From NCBI RefSeq assembly GCF_943914015.1, contig NZ_CALUAK010000002.1, forward strand, positions 1 to 57,403: DNA of 57,403 nt. Direction: 5' to 3'. The position numbers were made by a program, and so were the translations under genes. The notes under the pieces are model-generated. The model ran no database searches. It saw only the letters and a list, made by a program, of their open reading frames with translations, and had not been told where the DNA came from. The DNA comes from an uncultured Corynebacterium sp. (GTDB lineage Bacteria; Actinomycetota; Actinomycetes; Mycobacteriales; Mycobacteriaceae). Every line of letters starts with the position of its first letter. Position 1 is the first letter of the stretch. Below, one piece after another: positions 19,245 to 28,685 of this stretch.

Positions 19245-20996
19245 CTAGGTGAGTTCTGTGAGGGAGGCGGGGATGTTGCGGAGGTTGGACTTGGCGATGT
19301 CCAGCATCTTGCCCACGCCACCGTCGAGGACCGTCGCGGCGGCTGCCTTGCCGAAGCCGAAGAGCATGCTCATGGTGATGTCCGGCGGGACGGACAGGGC
19401 GTTCGGGTCGGTGACGATGTCGACGAGCTGTGGGCCCGGCGCGGTGAGCGCGTGGGAGAGGCGGTCGCGGACTTCCTTCGGGTCGGTGATGCGCACCGAG
19501 GGGATGCCGACCGCGTTGCCGATGGCGGCGAAGTCGACGGGGGTGTGATCGGTTTGGAACTCCTGCAGGCCTGCGACGAGCATCTCGAGCTTCACCATGC
19601 CGAGCGAGGAGTTGTTGAAGACCACGATCTTCACGGGGATGTTGTGCAGCTTGACGGTGAGCAGCTCGCCGAGGAGCATGCCGAGGCCACCGTCGCCACA
19701 GACGGCGATCGTCTGGCGGCCGGAGTACGCAGCGCCGATGGCGTGCGGAAGCGCGTTGGCCATCGTGCCGTGGCGGAAGGAGCCGAGGAGGCTGCGCTTG
19801 CCGGACTGGTTGGTGACGTAGCGGGCGGCCCACACGTTGTTCATGCCCGTGTCGACGGTGAAGATGGCATCGTCGGCGGCGAGGTCGTCGAGGATATCGG
19901 CGGCGTACTCGGGGTGGATCGGCGTGTGCTCCTCCACACCGTCGGTGTAGGCCTCGACGATCTTCTCCAACAGCTGCGCGTGCTTCTTCAGCATCTTGTC
20001 CAGGAAGCTGCGGTCCTGCTTCTCCTCGATAAGCGGCAGGACGGCGCGGATGGTTTCTCCCACATCGCCGACGACGGGGTGGGTGACGCGGGTGCGGCGG
20101 CCGATGGCTGCGGAATCGATGTCCACCTGGGCGACGTTGTCGTCGGGAAGGAAATCGTTGTAGGGGAAGTCGGTTCCCAGCATGATGAGCAGGTCAGCAG
20201 ACGTACATGCTTCGTGGCAGGAGCCGTAGCCCAGCAGGCCACTCATGCCCACGTCGTAGGGGTTGTTGTGCTGGATGAACATCTTGCCGCCGAGGGCGTG
20301 GCCGATCGGGGCCTTCACCTTTCCGGCAAGTTCCAGCACCTCATCGCGGGAATCCTTGACACCGCGGCCACAGAACAGGGCGATGGTGTCGGCCTTATTA
20401 ATAGCCTCGGCAAGATCCTTGACCTGATCCGCCGGGGGCTTGACCGTCGGCGCGCTCGTGGCGATCGGGGAGGTCACGATGCCGTCGTAGGAGGTCTTCT
20501 CCATCGTGACATCTCCCGGCAGGACGAGGACGGACACGCCGTGGCCGCCGAGGGTGGACTGGAGGGCGTGGTGCAAAATGACGGCACCCTGCTCGGCGGA
20601 GTTCGCCATCTCGCAGTAACCGGAGCACTCCGCGAAGATCTTCTCGGGGTGCGTCTCCTGGAAGTAGTGCGACCCGATCTGGCGGGACGGAATATGGGAG
20701 GCCAGGGCGAGCACCTTGGCGCCATTGCGGTGCGAGTCATACAGGCCCTGGATAAGGTGCGTATTGCCCGGGCCACACGAGGCGGCGCACACGCCGAGCT
20801 CACCGGTGGCAAGCGAGTAGGACCCGGCGGCGAAGGCCGCGGCCTCCTCGTTGCGCACGTGGATCCACTCGATCTTTTCGCTGCGCCGGACGGCGTCGAC
20901 GATGGGGTTGAGCGAATCCCCCACCAAGCCGAAAATGCGGGTGACCCCTACTTCTTCCAGTTTTTTGATGATGATGTCTGCGAGCGTATCCGCCAT
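19245..20996 (-). CDS. pqo: Pyruvate:quinone oxidoreductase (PoxB family)
   Basis: GDSLN, HVRNEEAAAFAA, CGPGNTHL, YFQETHP, TPP motif GDGG...NNS. Confidence 0.95.
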   Translation of the reverse strand: MADTLADIIIKKLEEVGVTRIFGLVGDSLNPIVDAVRRSEKIEWIHVRNEEAAAFAAGSYSLATGELGVCAASCGPGNTHLIQGLYDSHRNGAKVLALASHIPSRQIGSHYFQETHPEKIFAECSGYCEMANSAEQGAVILHHALQSTLGGHGVSVLVLPGDVTMEKTSYDGIVTSPIATSAPTVKPPADQVKDLAEAINKADTIALFCGRGVKDSRDEVLELAGKVKAPIGHALGGKMFIQHNNPYDVGMSGLLGYGSCHEACTSADLLIMLGTDFPYNDFLPDDNVAQVDIDSAAIGRRTRVTHPVVGDVGETIRAVLPLIEEKQDRSFLDKMLKKHAQLLEKIVEAYTDGVEEHTPIHPEYAADILDDLAADDAIFTVDTGMNNVWAARYVTNQSGKRSLLGSFRHGTMANALPHAIGAAYSGRQTIAVCGDGGLGMLLGELLTVKLHNIPVKIVVFNNSSLGMVKLEMLVAGLQEFQTDHTPVDFAAIGNAVGIPSVRITDPKEVRDRLSHALTAPGPQLVDIVTDPNALSVPPDITMSMLFGFGKAAAATVLDGGVGKMLDIAKSNLRNIPASLTELT

Positions 20997-21796
20997 TAGT
21001 GACGTATCCCCTTTCTATCGTTTTCTCCCATGGTAGGCGTTTTCGTCACCGCATGCGCGGCAACGATCGGTACCCCACAGTGCTGCAGAATATCCGCCTT
21101 CACGGCGTACACCTGCTCGATGAGTTCAGGGGTGATGACCTCGCTGGGAACACCCTGCGCGAGGATCTCGCCGCAGTGCAAAACGATGAGCTCATCGCAC
21201 ATGCGGCAGGCCAGGTTGATGTCGTGAATGGCGACAAGGGCAAGACTGTCGTCCTCGTGCGCCTTCTTCCGCACCGTGTCCAGCACAAAAAGCTGGTGGT
21301 GGAGGTCGAGGGCGGAGGTCGGCTCGTCGAGAAGCATGAGCGCCGGCGTCCCCACCATCATCTGCGCCAACGCGACGAGTTGTCGCTGGCCACCGGACAG
21401 TTCCGATAGGTAGCGGTGGGCGTAAGCGTCCATCCCCAGGCGGTGCATGACCTCCGCTGTGTGCTCGACGGGGTTGGCTACCGCTTCTCGACGGCTGGTA
21501 ATCAGCACCGCTTCAAAGGCCCGCAAAGCCGCGGACTCGGGAAGGCCCTGGGGCACGTACCCGATCGCCCCGCGACGGGCGCGGGGAGGAACCACGTGGG
21601 CGTCGACAAGCAAAGAAACCTCGCCCGAACGAACCGGATGGAGACCAGCAACCGTCTGCATGAACGTCGACTTGCCCGACCCGTTCGGGCCGAGGACACC
21701 GACCACCCGGCCGCCGGTAAGCGGAGCAACCGTCACGCCGTCCAGCACGCGGTGGCGGCCATAGCCTGCGACCAGATCGCGAATCGCTAGCTCCAC
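20996..21796 (-). CDS. Iron-chelate ABC transporter ATPase
   Basis: GPNGSGKST, LSGGQRQ, LDEPTSALD, IHDINLA; GTG start at 21796. Confidence 0.9.
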   Translation of the reverse strand: MELAIRDLVAGYGRHRVLDGVTVAPLTGGRVVGVLGPNGSGKSTFMQTVAGLHPVRSGEVSLLVDAHVVPPRARRGAIGYVPQGLPESAALRAFEAVLITSRREAVANPVEHTAEVMHRLGMDAYAHRYLSELSGGQRQLVALAQMMVGTPALMLLDEPTSALDLHHQLFVLDTVRKKAHEDDSLALVAIHDINLACRMCDELIVLHCGEILAQGVPSEVITPELIEQVYAVKADILQHCGVPIVAAHAVTKTPTMGENDRKGIRH

Positions 21797-22833
21797 AGCG
21801 CACGCCTCCTTGTCAGCACAATCCCCAGGAAGAACGGGACACCGAGAAGCGAGGTCACGATGCCGATCGGGATGGCCAGCCCCGGCTTCGCCATGAGGCT
21901 CACCGCGTGCGCACAGCACATAAGTGCCGCCCCCGACGCCATCGACGCGGGGATGAAGTAGCGCTGGTCCTCCCCCACCAGCATCCGAGCGATGTGCGGG
22001 CCAACAAGCCCCACAAAGCCGATGATGCCGGCAAACGCCACCGTCGTCGATGCCAAAAGCGACGACAACACCAACACGACAATCCGCAACCTCGAAGTAT
22101 TTACGCCCATCGACTGCGCCCGCGCATCCCCCAAGCGCAGCGCCGTCAACTTCCACGACTGCGACGCGAGCAGCGGACACACCACGACAAGCACTACGGC
22201 CAACAAAGCATTGGCCACCCACGTCGCACGCGTCATCGACCCCAGCGACCAGAACACTATCTGCGACAACGCCTCCGCACTCGCCCGATACTGGATAAGC
22301 GCCAGCAACGCCTGGAAGAAGAACACCAGGCCGATGCCGAGCAACACCATCGTTTCGGCGCGGGCGCCGCGGAAGATGGCGGCGATGACGATGACCGCTG
22401 TCGCCCCCACGGAGGAGATCCAGGCGATGACCGCGAGGTTTAGCTGAGGATTGGTGACCACCTGCCAGCCGAGGACGATCGCCGTCGCGCCACCGAAGGC
22501 AGCGCCAGCGGAGATCCCCAGGGTAAACGGCTCGGCGAGGGGGTTGCCCAGAATGGTCTGCATCTCCGCGCCGGCGAGCGACAGGGACACACCGATGAGG
22601 AGCGCCATGACGGCCATCGGCAAGCGGAGGTCCCACAGAACCGTATGCGTTTGCTCATCGAGGGAGGAGGGAACCATGATTCCGCCGATGACCTGCGAGG
22701 GGGTCAGAGAAATCGCACCCACCATGTTGCTCATGACGAACGCGGCGGCCGCGACAACGCACAGCCCCACGACGATCGCCACCCGGCGCGCTGTCAGGCG
22801 CCGGTGTTCGTGGACAAGATCGACCTCGCTCAC
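21787..22833 (-). CDS. FecCD-family iron-chelate ABC permease
   Basis: LRLP, MQTILGNPLAEPFTLGISAGA, GIIGFVGLVGPHIAR. Confidence 0.93.
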   Translation of the reverse strand: MSEVDLVHEHRRLTARRVAIVVGLCVVAAAAFVMSNMVGAISLTPSQVIGGIMVPSSLDEQTHTVLWDLRLPMAVMALLIGVSLSLAGAEMQTILGNPLAEPFTLGISAGAAFGGATAIVLGWQVVTNPQLNLAVIAWISSVGATAVIVIAAIFRGARAETMVLLGIGLVFFFQALLALIQYRASAEALSQIVFWSLGSMTRATWVANALLAVVLVVVCPLLASQSWKLTALRLGDARAQSMGVNTSRLRIVVLVLSSLLASTTVAFAGIIGFVGLVGPHIARMLVGEDQRYFIPASMASGAALMCCAHAVSLMAKPGLAIPIGIVTSLLGVPFFLGIVLTRRRALWS

Positions 22834-22836
22834 GTC

Positions 22837-24051
22837 CTACTCACCTGCCGGAGTCGACGTAGAGAAGAACACGCCCTCGCCGGAGACCGGCGAGTACTTT
22901 TCCTGTGCCTTCATCCACTCCGCCGGGACATCAATATCCGAGTAGTCCTCCGGGTGCAGCCACGCGGCGATCTGCAGGAGCGCAAGGTAGTTGAATGGGG
23001 AGTTGTAGAACTGGTGCCACAGACCGTGCAGCTGGCCGTCCTTCACTGCAGACAGGGTATCGAAGCCTTTTTGACCCTTGGGAAGGTTATTGACGCTGAC
23101 CTGGGCATCTTCGTCAGAAATGCGGTAGCCGAGGGCGGCGTAACCCACCGGGTTGCCCTCCTTGTTGCGCTTTGCCGACCACTCGCCACCGGTGGCGAAG
23201 ATCTCGTCGGGGTTATCGCTGATGACCTTCTCCGGGGTCATGGCACCGGATTCGCCCTCGATGACGGCGTCTCCAATGTTCTTACCGCCGGCGACGTTGA
23301 CCAGCTGCGAAATGTTGGAATCGTTCCAGGTCTGGCAGCAATCGGACAGACCGGCTGCACGCCACACGAACGCCGTCGGTTTGTCCTCGTCCTTCAGCTT
23401 GGCGGAGCGACCCTTCACCAGATCCACCGTCTCCTGCCAATCCTTATTGAACGCGGCCGCTTCCTTCTCCTTGCCAAAGATTGTGCCGAAGATCTCCATG
23501 GAGCGCGTCGTGTTCTCCAGTGGCTTGGCGCGGAAATCCGTCACCGCGTAGGTGAGCCCCGCCTTCTCCATCGAATCGATGAGGCCCGTTTTTTCGCTCG
23601 CCTGGTACTCATCAAGCGACAGCAGGATGATATCCGGCTTCAGCGACAGGAGGTTTTCCACCGTCACATCGCCCTTCATAAAACCGCCGACCTCCGGCAG
23701 GTCCTTCACCTCGGGGTTGGTCTGCTCCAGCTGGGCCATGTAGTCCGGGACGTTGTCCTTCAGATCCGTGCCGATGCCGACGACCTTGTCCAGGGGGTTG
23801 GACTTGTCGAGGATGCCGGTGGCGAAAACGCTTCTCCCCTCACCGAGCAGAATACGCTCGGGAGCTGCGGGAAGGGAGATATTTCGGCCGGTGATGTCGG
23901 TGAGGGTGAAGGCTGTGGCTCGGGTGGAGGAGGTGGACTGCTCGGAAGTGGTCTCGGCAGTTTCCGTGCTGCAGGCGGTCAGTCCGCTGACGGCAAGCGC
24001 TGCGACGGCGATGAGGCCGGCGAGGCGGCGTCGGGAACTGGAAATGGACAT
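22837..24051 (-). CDS. Iron-chelate ABC substrate-binding lipoprotein
   Basis: Lipobox LTAC; TDITGRNI, periplasmic-binding-protein 2 fold, WHQFYNSP. Confidence 0.9.
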   Translation of the reverse strand: MSISSSRRRLAGLIAVAALAVSGLTACSTETAETTSEQSTSSTRATAFTLTDITGRNISLPAAPERILLGEGRSVFATGILDKSNPLDKVVGIGTDLKDNVPDYMAQLEQTNPEVKDLPEVGGFMKGDVTVENLLSLKPDIILLSLDEYQASEKTGLIDSMEKAGLTYAVTDFRAKPLENTTRSMEIFGTIFGKEKEAAAFNKDWQETVDLVKGRSAKLKDEDKPTAFVWRAAGLSDCCQTWNDSNISQLVNVAGGKNIGDAVIEGESGAMTPEKVISDNPDEIFATGGEWSAKRNKEGNPVGYAALGYRISDEDAQVSVNNLPKGQKGFDTLSAVKDGQLHGLWHQFYNSPFNYLALLQIAAWLHPEDYSDIDVPAEWMKAQEKYSPVSGEGVFFSTSTPAGE

Positions 24052-24099
24052 ACGCGTCTCCTTGGTGATACCTAATCGTTACACCTAGAGCATAGCGCA

Positions 24100-24118
24100 T
24101 TAGGTAAGCCTAACCAAC
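24100..24118. promoter_or_regulatory. DtxR/IdeR iron box
   Basis: TTAGGTAAGCCTAACCAAC, 17/19 match to TWAGGTWAGSCTWACCTWA, about 50 nt upstream of the iron ABC operon. Confidence 0.88.
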
Positions 24119-24240
24119 ATAGGAATGAGGAAAGCGTGGAAGAGCAGACGTTTGCGCAGGCTGTGTACGTGGGGCATGATGGATTACATGGTGGCGACCG
24201 GAAGTGTCGCAGAGCACAGTACGAGGGGGCGTCGACAAGC

Positions 24241-24265
24241 AAAAACCCCCGCACGAGGCGGGGGT
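24241..24265 (-). terminator. Terminator after tRNA-Thr
   Basis: AAAAACCCCCGC-acgag-GCGGGGGT. Confidence 0.8.
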
Positions 24266-24270
24266 GAGAG

Positions 24271-24343
24271 AGCTGGAGACGAGACTTGAACTCGCAACCT
24301 ACGGTTTACAAGACCGTTGCGCTACCGATTGCGCCACTCCAGC
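24271..24343 (-). tRNA. tRNA-Thr(UGU), CCA not encoded
   Basis: GCTGGAG acceptor stem, D arm TGGCGCAATCGGTAGCGC, anticodon arm ACGGT-CTTGTAA-ACCGT, T arm GCGAG-TTCAAGT-CTCGT. Confidence 0.96.
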
Positions 24344-24413
24344 GGGCTGAGGTTGTATCGTACCAGTTGTGACCGCTTTTGATGAAGTCGACCGCATGTG
24401 ACAGGCTGAAACC

Positions 24414-25853
24414 ATGGGAAATATCCTGCGTACCCTCCGTTTACGGGCAAACACCAGCGACCGCATTGCCACCATTGACGCGGCCAAAGCCGCCCCGCCG
24501 CCGTCGCCCCTCCAACCCATCGAACTGACCAACGAGCACCAGGTCGCCGGCGTGCTCCTTCTCGGCGCGCGCGTCGGCGAAATTCTCATCACCGCCGGCA
24601 CGGCGAACCGCGACGTCCAGGCGCAGATGCGGTCGGTGATCAACGCGTACGGGCTATACGACGTCCACATCGACGTCACACTCAACACCATTCAGCTGTC
24701 CACGCACATCGGCGACGAGGACGGCGACACCACGCCCGTCACCGTGCTGCGCGTCGTGCGACGGGGCGCGATGGATTTTTCCAAGCTTTCCCGACTCGAC
24801 CGCCTCATCCGCTCCATCCGCGCGGGCGCCACCAACCCGGCGACCGCCGACCGGCAGCTCGCCGAGCTGTGGAACTCCAAGTCGCCATACGGCGTGGGAC
24901 TGGAGCTCATCGGCTGGGGTGCCCTCGCCGGCGGCTTCGCCATGGTGCTCGGTGGCACGGCCGTCGTGGGGCTCGTCGCGTTCATCACGGCGATGGTGAT
25001 CATGGCGGTATTCAAGCTCATCGGCAAGGTGGGCCTCGGCGACTTCTTCTCGCTCATGGCTGGCGGCTTCATCTCCGTCATCCCAGCTGCGGGCGCCTTC
25101 TGGCTGGCCAGCGAAACAGGCTCTTCCATCAACCCGTCGCTCATTATTGCCTCGGGCATCGTCGTGTTGGTGGCAGGACTCACCCTTGTGCAATCACTGG
25201 AGGATGCCATCATGGGCGCGCCGGTCACCGCCTCCGGCAGGTTCTTTGAGGCGATGCTCAATACCGGCGCGATCATCGCCGGGGTCTCCCTCGGCCTGAA
25301 ACTCTCCCTCGCACTTGGCATCATGCTGCCCGCCATCGAAACGCAAACCGCCCCCGACCTGCAGCACGCCACCGTAAAAATCATCCTCGGGGGCATCGCC
25401 GCCGCCGGGTACTCGCTGGCGTGCTACTCGGAGTGGACCTCCGTGTGGGTCTCTGGCTTAACGACGATGATTGGTTCCGCCGCCTTCTACCTCCTGTTCC
25501 TCCCCATGGGGCTCGGGGGCATCTTCGGCGCGGGGCTCACCGCCACCCTCATCGGCCTCATCGGTGGTCTGCTCGCCCGCCGGTTCCTCATTCCACCGCT
25601 GATCATTGCCATCGCCGGCGTCACCCCGCTGCTTCCCGGCCTGCGGATTTACCGCTCCATTTACGCCATCATCCACGAGCAGCTGCTCGTCGGGATCTCC
25701 TCCATGGCCATCGCGCTGGCCACCGCGATTGCATTAGCAGCCGGCATCGTGCTCGGCGAGTGGATGGCCCGCCGGATCCGTCGCCCGAAGACTTTCAAGC
25801 CGTACCAAAACATCATTCGCAGGCGGTATAGCTTTAAACGTAGTGGTCGGTAG
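24414..25853 (+). CDS. thrE: Threonine/serine exporter
   Basis: IATIDAAKAAPPPSPL N-terminus, about 10 TM helices, GVTPLLPGL; divergent from tRNA-Thr. Confidence 0.9.
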   Translation: MGNILRTLRLRANTSDRIATIDAAKAAPPPSPLQPIELTNEHQVAGVLLLGARVGEILITAGTANRDVQAQMRSVINAYGLYDVHIDVTLNTIQLSTHIGDEDGDTTPVTVLRVVRRGAMDFSKLSRLDRLIRSIRAGATNPATADRQLAELWNSKSPYGVGLELIGWGALAGGFAMVLGGTAVVGLVAFITAMVIMAVFKLIGKVGLGDFFSLMAGGFISVIPAAGAFWLASETGSSINPSLIIASGIVVLVAGLTLVQSLEDAIMGAPVTASGRFFEAMLNTGAIIAGVSLGLKLSLALGIMLPAIETQTAPDLQHATVKIILGGIAAAGYSLACYSEWTSVWVSGLTTMIGSAAFYLLFLPMGLGGIFGAGLTATLIGLIGGLLARRFLIPPLIIAIAGVTPLLPGLRIYRSIYAIIHEQLLVGISSMAIALATAIALAAGIVLGEWMARRIRRPKTFKPYQNIIRRRYSFKRSGR

Positions 25854-25901
25854 CGTACAATGGCGCCGAAGAAGTAGTTATCTATCGGAGGTTTGATTTT
25901 C

Positions 25902-26282
25902 GTGGCATTTAGGACGTCTCGGGATCGCGAAGCGGAAGCAGAAGCGCAGCAGCAGCTGGAGAAGGAAACCGCAACCGCCGCGCGCAGAGTAGTGGCCTCA
26001 TACTCCGAGGACTACCACGACGCCGTCATGCTCTCGTCCATGCTCGGCATCACCCCAGAGGGCTTCGTCTACGCACAATATGCCGAGGCCGAGGGCATCG
26101 AAATGCCGACGACCGACACCAAGAAGAAAAAGAAGACCTCCAAGAAGTCGAGCCGGAAGTCGACGAAGAAGTCCACCAAGAAGACGTCGAAAAAGACAAC
26201 CAAGAAATCGACGAAGAAGTCCACCAAGAAGACAACGAAGAAGACCAGCAAAAAGACGGCTAAAAAGGCCACCAAGAAGTAG
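25902..26282 (+). CDS. Hypothetical protein with lysine-rich KK(S/T)(S/T) repeat tail
   Basis: GGAGG RBS, GTG at 25902; core ATAARRVVASYSEDYHDAVMLSSMLG; TAGTG overlap with otsA. Confidence 0.85.
   Translation: MAFRTSRDREAEAEAQQQLEKETATAARRVVASYSEDYHDAVMLSSMLGITPEGFVYAQYAEAEGIEMPTTDTKKKKKTSKKSSRKSTKKSTKKTSKKTTKKSTKKSTKKTTKKTSKKTAKKATKK
26120..26279 (+). repeat. Degenerate 12-nt tandem repeat encoding KK[ST][STA]
   Basis: AAGAAGTCCACC/AAGAAGACGTCG/AAAAAGACAACC...; a 26-nt exact duplicate (TCGACGAAGAAGTCCACCAAGAAGAC) at 48-nt spacing. Confidence 0.85.
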
Positions 26283-27601
26283 TGACCGGTAACGCCTCGT
26301 TCCTCATCGCCGCGAATCGCCTCCCCGTAGAGCGACGCGGCGATTCTTGGCGCGTCAGCCCCGGTGGCCTCGTCACCGCCCTTACCCCCATCCTCACCGA
26401 ACACAACGGCACGTGGATCGGCTGGGCCGGAACCCCCGGCGACGCCCCCGAACCCTTTACCACCGACTCCGGCATCTCGCTGCACCCCGTCGCCCTCGAC
26501 GAGGACGACTACTGCGGCTTCTACGAAGGATTCTCCAACGCCACCCTGTGGCCCCTCTACCACGACCTCATCGTTTCACCCGTCTACAACGCCGAGTGGT
26601 GGGAACGCTTTCAGCTCGTGAACAGGCGCTTTGCCGAAGAAATCGTCGCCCTCGCCGCCCCCGACGCAACCGTCTGGGTCCAGGACTACCAACTCCACCT
26701 CGTCCCCGGCATGGTCAAAGCCATGCGCCCCGATGTCACCGTCGGGTTCTTCCTCCACATCCCCTTCCCCTCCCCCGACCTCTTCGCCCAACTGCCCTGG
26801 CGCGAAGAACTCATCCGCGGTCTCTCCGGTGCCGACCTCGTCGGCTTCCACACCGCCCGGTCCGCGCAGAATTTTTCGGAATGTGCGGCACGGTATGTGG
26901 GGACGCCGCCGCGGACGGCGGCACTGCCGATATCCATCGACACCCCACGGATAGCTTCTGGTGCGCAACCAGGCACTATCCGTGAGAAACTGGGAACCCC
27001 GGAGAGGTTCCTCCTGGGCGTCGACAGGCTAGATTACACAAAGGGAATCCTGCCCCGCCTGCTGGCGCTCGAGGAGTGCTTCGCGCGTGGCGTGCTCGAC
27101 CCGAAGACAACGACGATGCTGCAGATCGCGACCCCGTCGCGGGAGCGCGTCGAGCATTACGAGAAGACCCGCGCCGCCGTGGAGCGGCAAGTTTCTAAGA
27201 TAAACGGCCTGTACGGAGACCTTTTCCGCCCGGTGGTGCAGTACGTTCACCACACCGTCGACGCCGCCGACCTCTACTCCCTCTACGCCGCCGCCGACAT
27301 CATGCTCGTCACCCCCTTCAAGGACGGCATGAACCTCGTGGCCAAAGAATACGTCGCCTGCCACCCGGACGGCACGGGCGCGCTCGTCCTCAGCGAATTT
27401 GCGGGTGCTGCCGAGGAGCTCACGCAGGCCTACATCTGCAATCCGTTCGATGTCGAGTCGCTTACCGCGGCCATCACCGCCGCTGCCCGCGGCGAGGGCG
27501 ATCCGGTGGCTGCGATGCGGGCCATGTATGCGCGGGTGAAGGAGTACGACGTGCACAGGTGGGCAAGCGACTTCCTCGCGGAACTGGGGCGGACGCAGTG
27601 A
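26282..27601 (+). CDS. otsA: Trehalose-6-phosphate synthase
   Basis: [50 protein letters not shown]. Confidence 0.96.
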   Translation: MTGNASFLIAANRLPVERRGDSWRVSPGGLVTALTPILTEHNGTWIGWAGTPGDAPEPFTTDSGISLHPVALDEDDYCGFYEGFSNATLWPLYHDLIVSPVYNAEWWERFQLVNRRFAEEIVALAAPDATVWVQDYQLHLVPGMVKAMRPDVTVGFFLHIPFPSPDLFAQLPWREELIRGLSGADLVGFHTARSAQNFSECAARYVGTPPRTAALPISIDTPRIASGAQPGTIREKLGTPERFLLGVDRLDYTKGILPRLLALEECFARGVLDPKTTTMLQIATPSRERVEHYEKTRAAVERQVSKINGLYGDLFRPVVQYVHHTVDAADLYSLYAAADIMLVTPFKDGMNLVAKEYVACHPDGTGALVLSEFAGAAEELTQAYICNPFDVESLTAAITAAARGEGDPVAAMRAMYARVKEYDVHRWASDFLAELGRTQ

Positions 27602-28002
27602 GAAAACTCTTCGGCTTAGCGCTTACAGCCGCGCTCGCGCTCCCCGTGTCCGCGTGCGCTCCCCCGCAGGATGAGCACATGTGGCAGGTGTCGCAGGTGT
27701 TCTTCAACTCCGATGCCACGCCCACCCCGCCGGCGCCGATGTACCTCGTGCTCGGCAGGCAGTCCTTTGCCGGAGATACCGGCTGTGGCCCCATCAACGG
27801 CAAGCTGCGCACCAACGACGCGGATGAGACGATCACGATTGTGCGGGTGCGCACGCCGGAGCAGCTGACGTGTGAGGGCGCGGAAGAGTTCTACCACGGA
27901 GAGCTTTTACGGTTTTTAACTGGGACTTTGCACGTGGAACGCGACGACGATGAGTTGACGCTGCGAAACGATGCGGGCGAGTCTATCCATATGGTGTACT
28001 GA
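27598..28002 (+). CDS. Lipoprotein, META/HslJ-like domain
   Basis: GTGA overlap with otsA; lipobox VSAC; FAGDTGC...G and T-C motifs. Confidence 0.7.
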   Translation: MRKLFGLALTAALALPVSACAPPQDEHMWQVSQVFFNSDATPTPPAPMYLVLGRQSFAGDTGCGPINGKLRTNDADETITIVRVRTPEQLTCEGAEEFYHGELLRFLTGTLHVERDDDELTLRNDAGESIHMVY

Positions 28003-28685
28003 TGTTTGTTATTTCAGATTTTGACGGGACCCTGGCCGAATTCAGCACGGACCCCATGAACGTGCCCATCAACGAAACGGCCATGCGCGCCCTCGACGAG
28101 CTGTCCACGCTCCCCGGCGTCCGCGTGGCGATCCTCTCCGGGCGGTCTCTGGAGCACCTCACTCAGCTTGTCGACGTTCGCGACGCGGTCATCCTCGCCG
28201 GCTCCCACGGCGCCGAGACGCTGGGCCTTACAACGGTTCTAACCCCTGAGCAGCGCGAACAGTTGGAAAAACTGGATCACGAACTGGAAAAGCTCCTTCA
28301 CGACGGCGCGTGGGTGGAGGTCAAACCCTTCGGGCGCGTCCTGCACACCCGGAAAATGACCTCCGGAGCGGCGGAGCTTGAGGCCGAAGCGAAGACGATC
28401 GACTTCGGTGGCCGGCTGCAGGAGGGCAAGGCGGTTGTCGAGTTCTCCGTCTCCGACGCGTCGAAAGGCGACTGGATTCGAGCAAACCGCAAGCCGGGAG
28501 AAAAGGTCATTTTCCTTGGCGACGATGTCACCGACGAGACCGGCTTCGCCACCCTCACCGAGGGCGACACCGGCGTCAAGGTCGGCGACGGTGAGACGCA
28601 GGCGACCGTCCGCCTCGCCGACGTAGAGGAAGTGGGGCGCTACCTCACGGAACTCGTCGAATCGCTGCGGTCCGACCGGGGATAA
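28002..28685 (+). CDS. otsB: Trehalose-6-phosphate phosphatase
   Basis: HAD motifs DFDGTL, LSGR, GSHGAE, KG, GDDVTDE. Confidence 0.95.
   Translation: MFVISDFDGTLAEFSTDPMNVPINETAMRALDELSTLPGVRVAILSGRSLEHLTQLVDVRDAVILAGSHGAETLGLTTVLTPEQREQLEKLDHELEKLLHDGAWVEVKPFGRVLHTRKMTSGAAELEAEAKTIDFGGRLQEGKAVVEFSVSDASKGDWIRANRKPGEKVIFLGDDVTDETGFATLTEGDTGVKVGDGETQATVRLADVEEVGRYLTELVESLRSDRG

Noticed and set aside
24119..24270. tRNA-Thr 3' end as an integration site for the iron operon
   Set aside because: No duplicated tRNA 3' fragment or integrase seen downstream
26120..26279. Repeat array as CRISPR
   Set aside because: In-frame degenerate 12-nt coding repeat with no spacers and no cas genes; no CRISPR seen in the window
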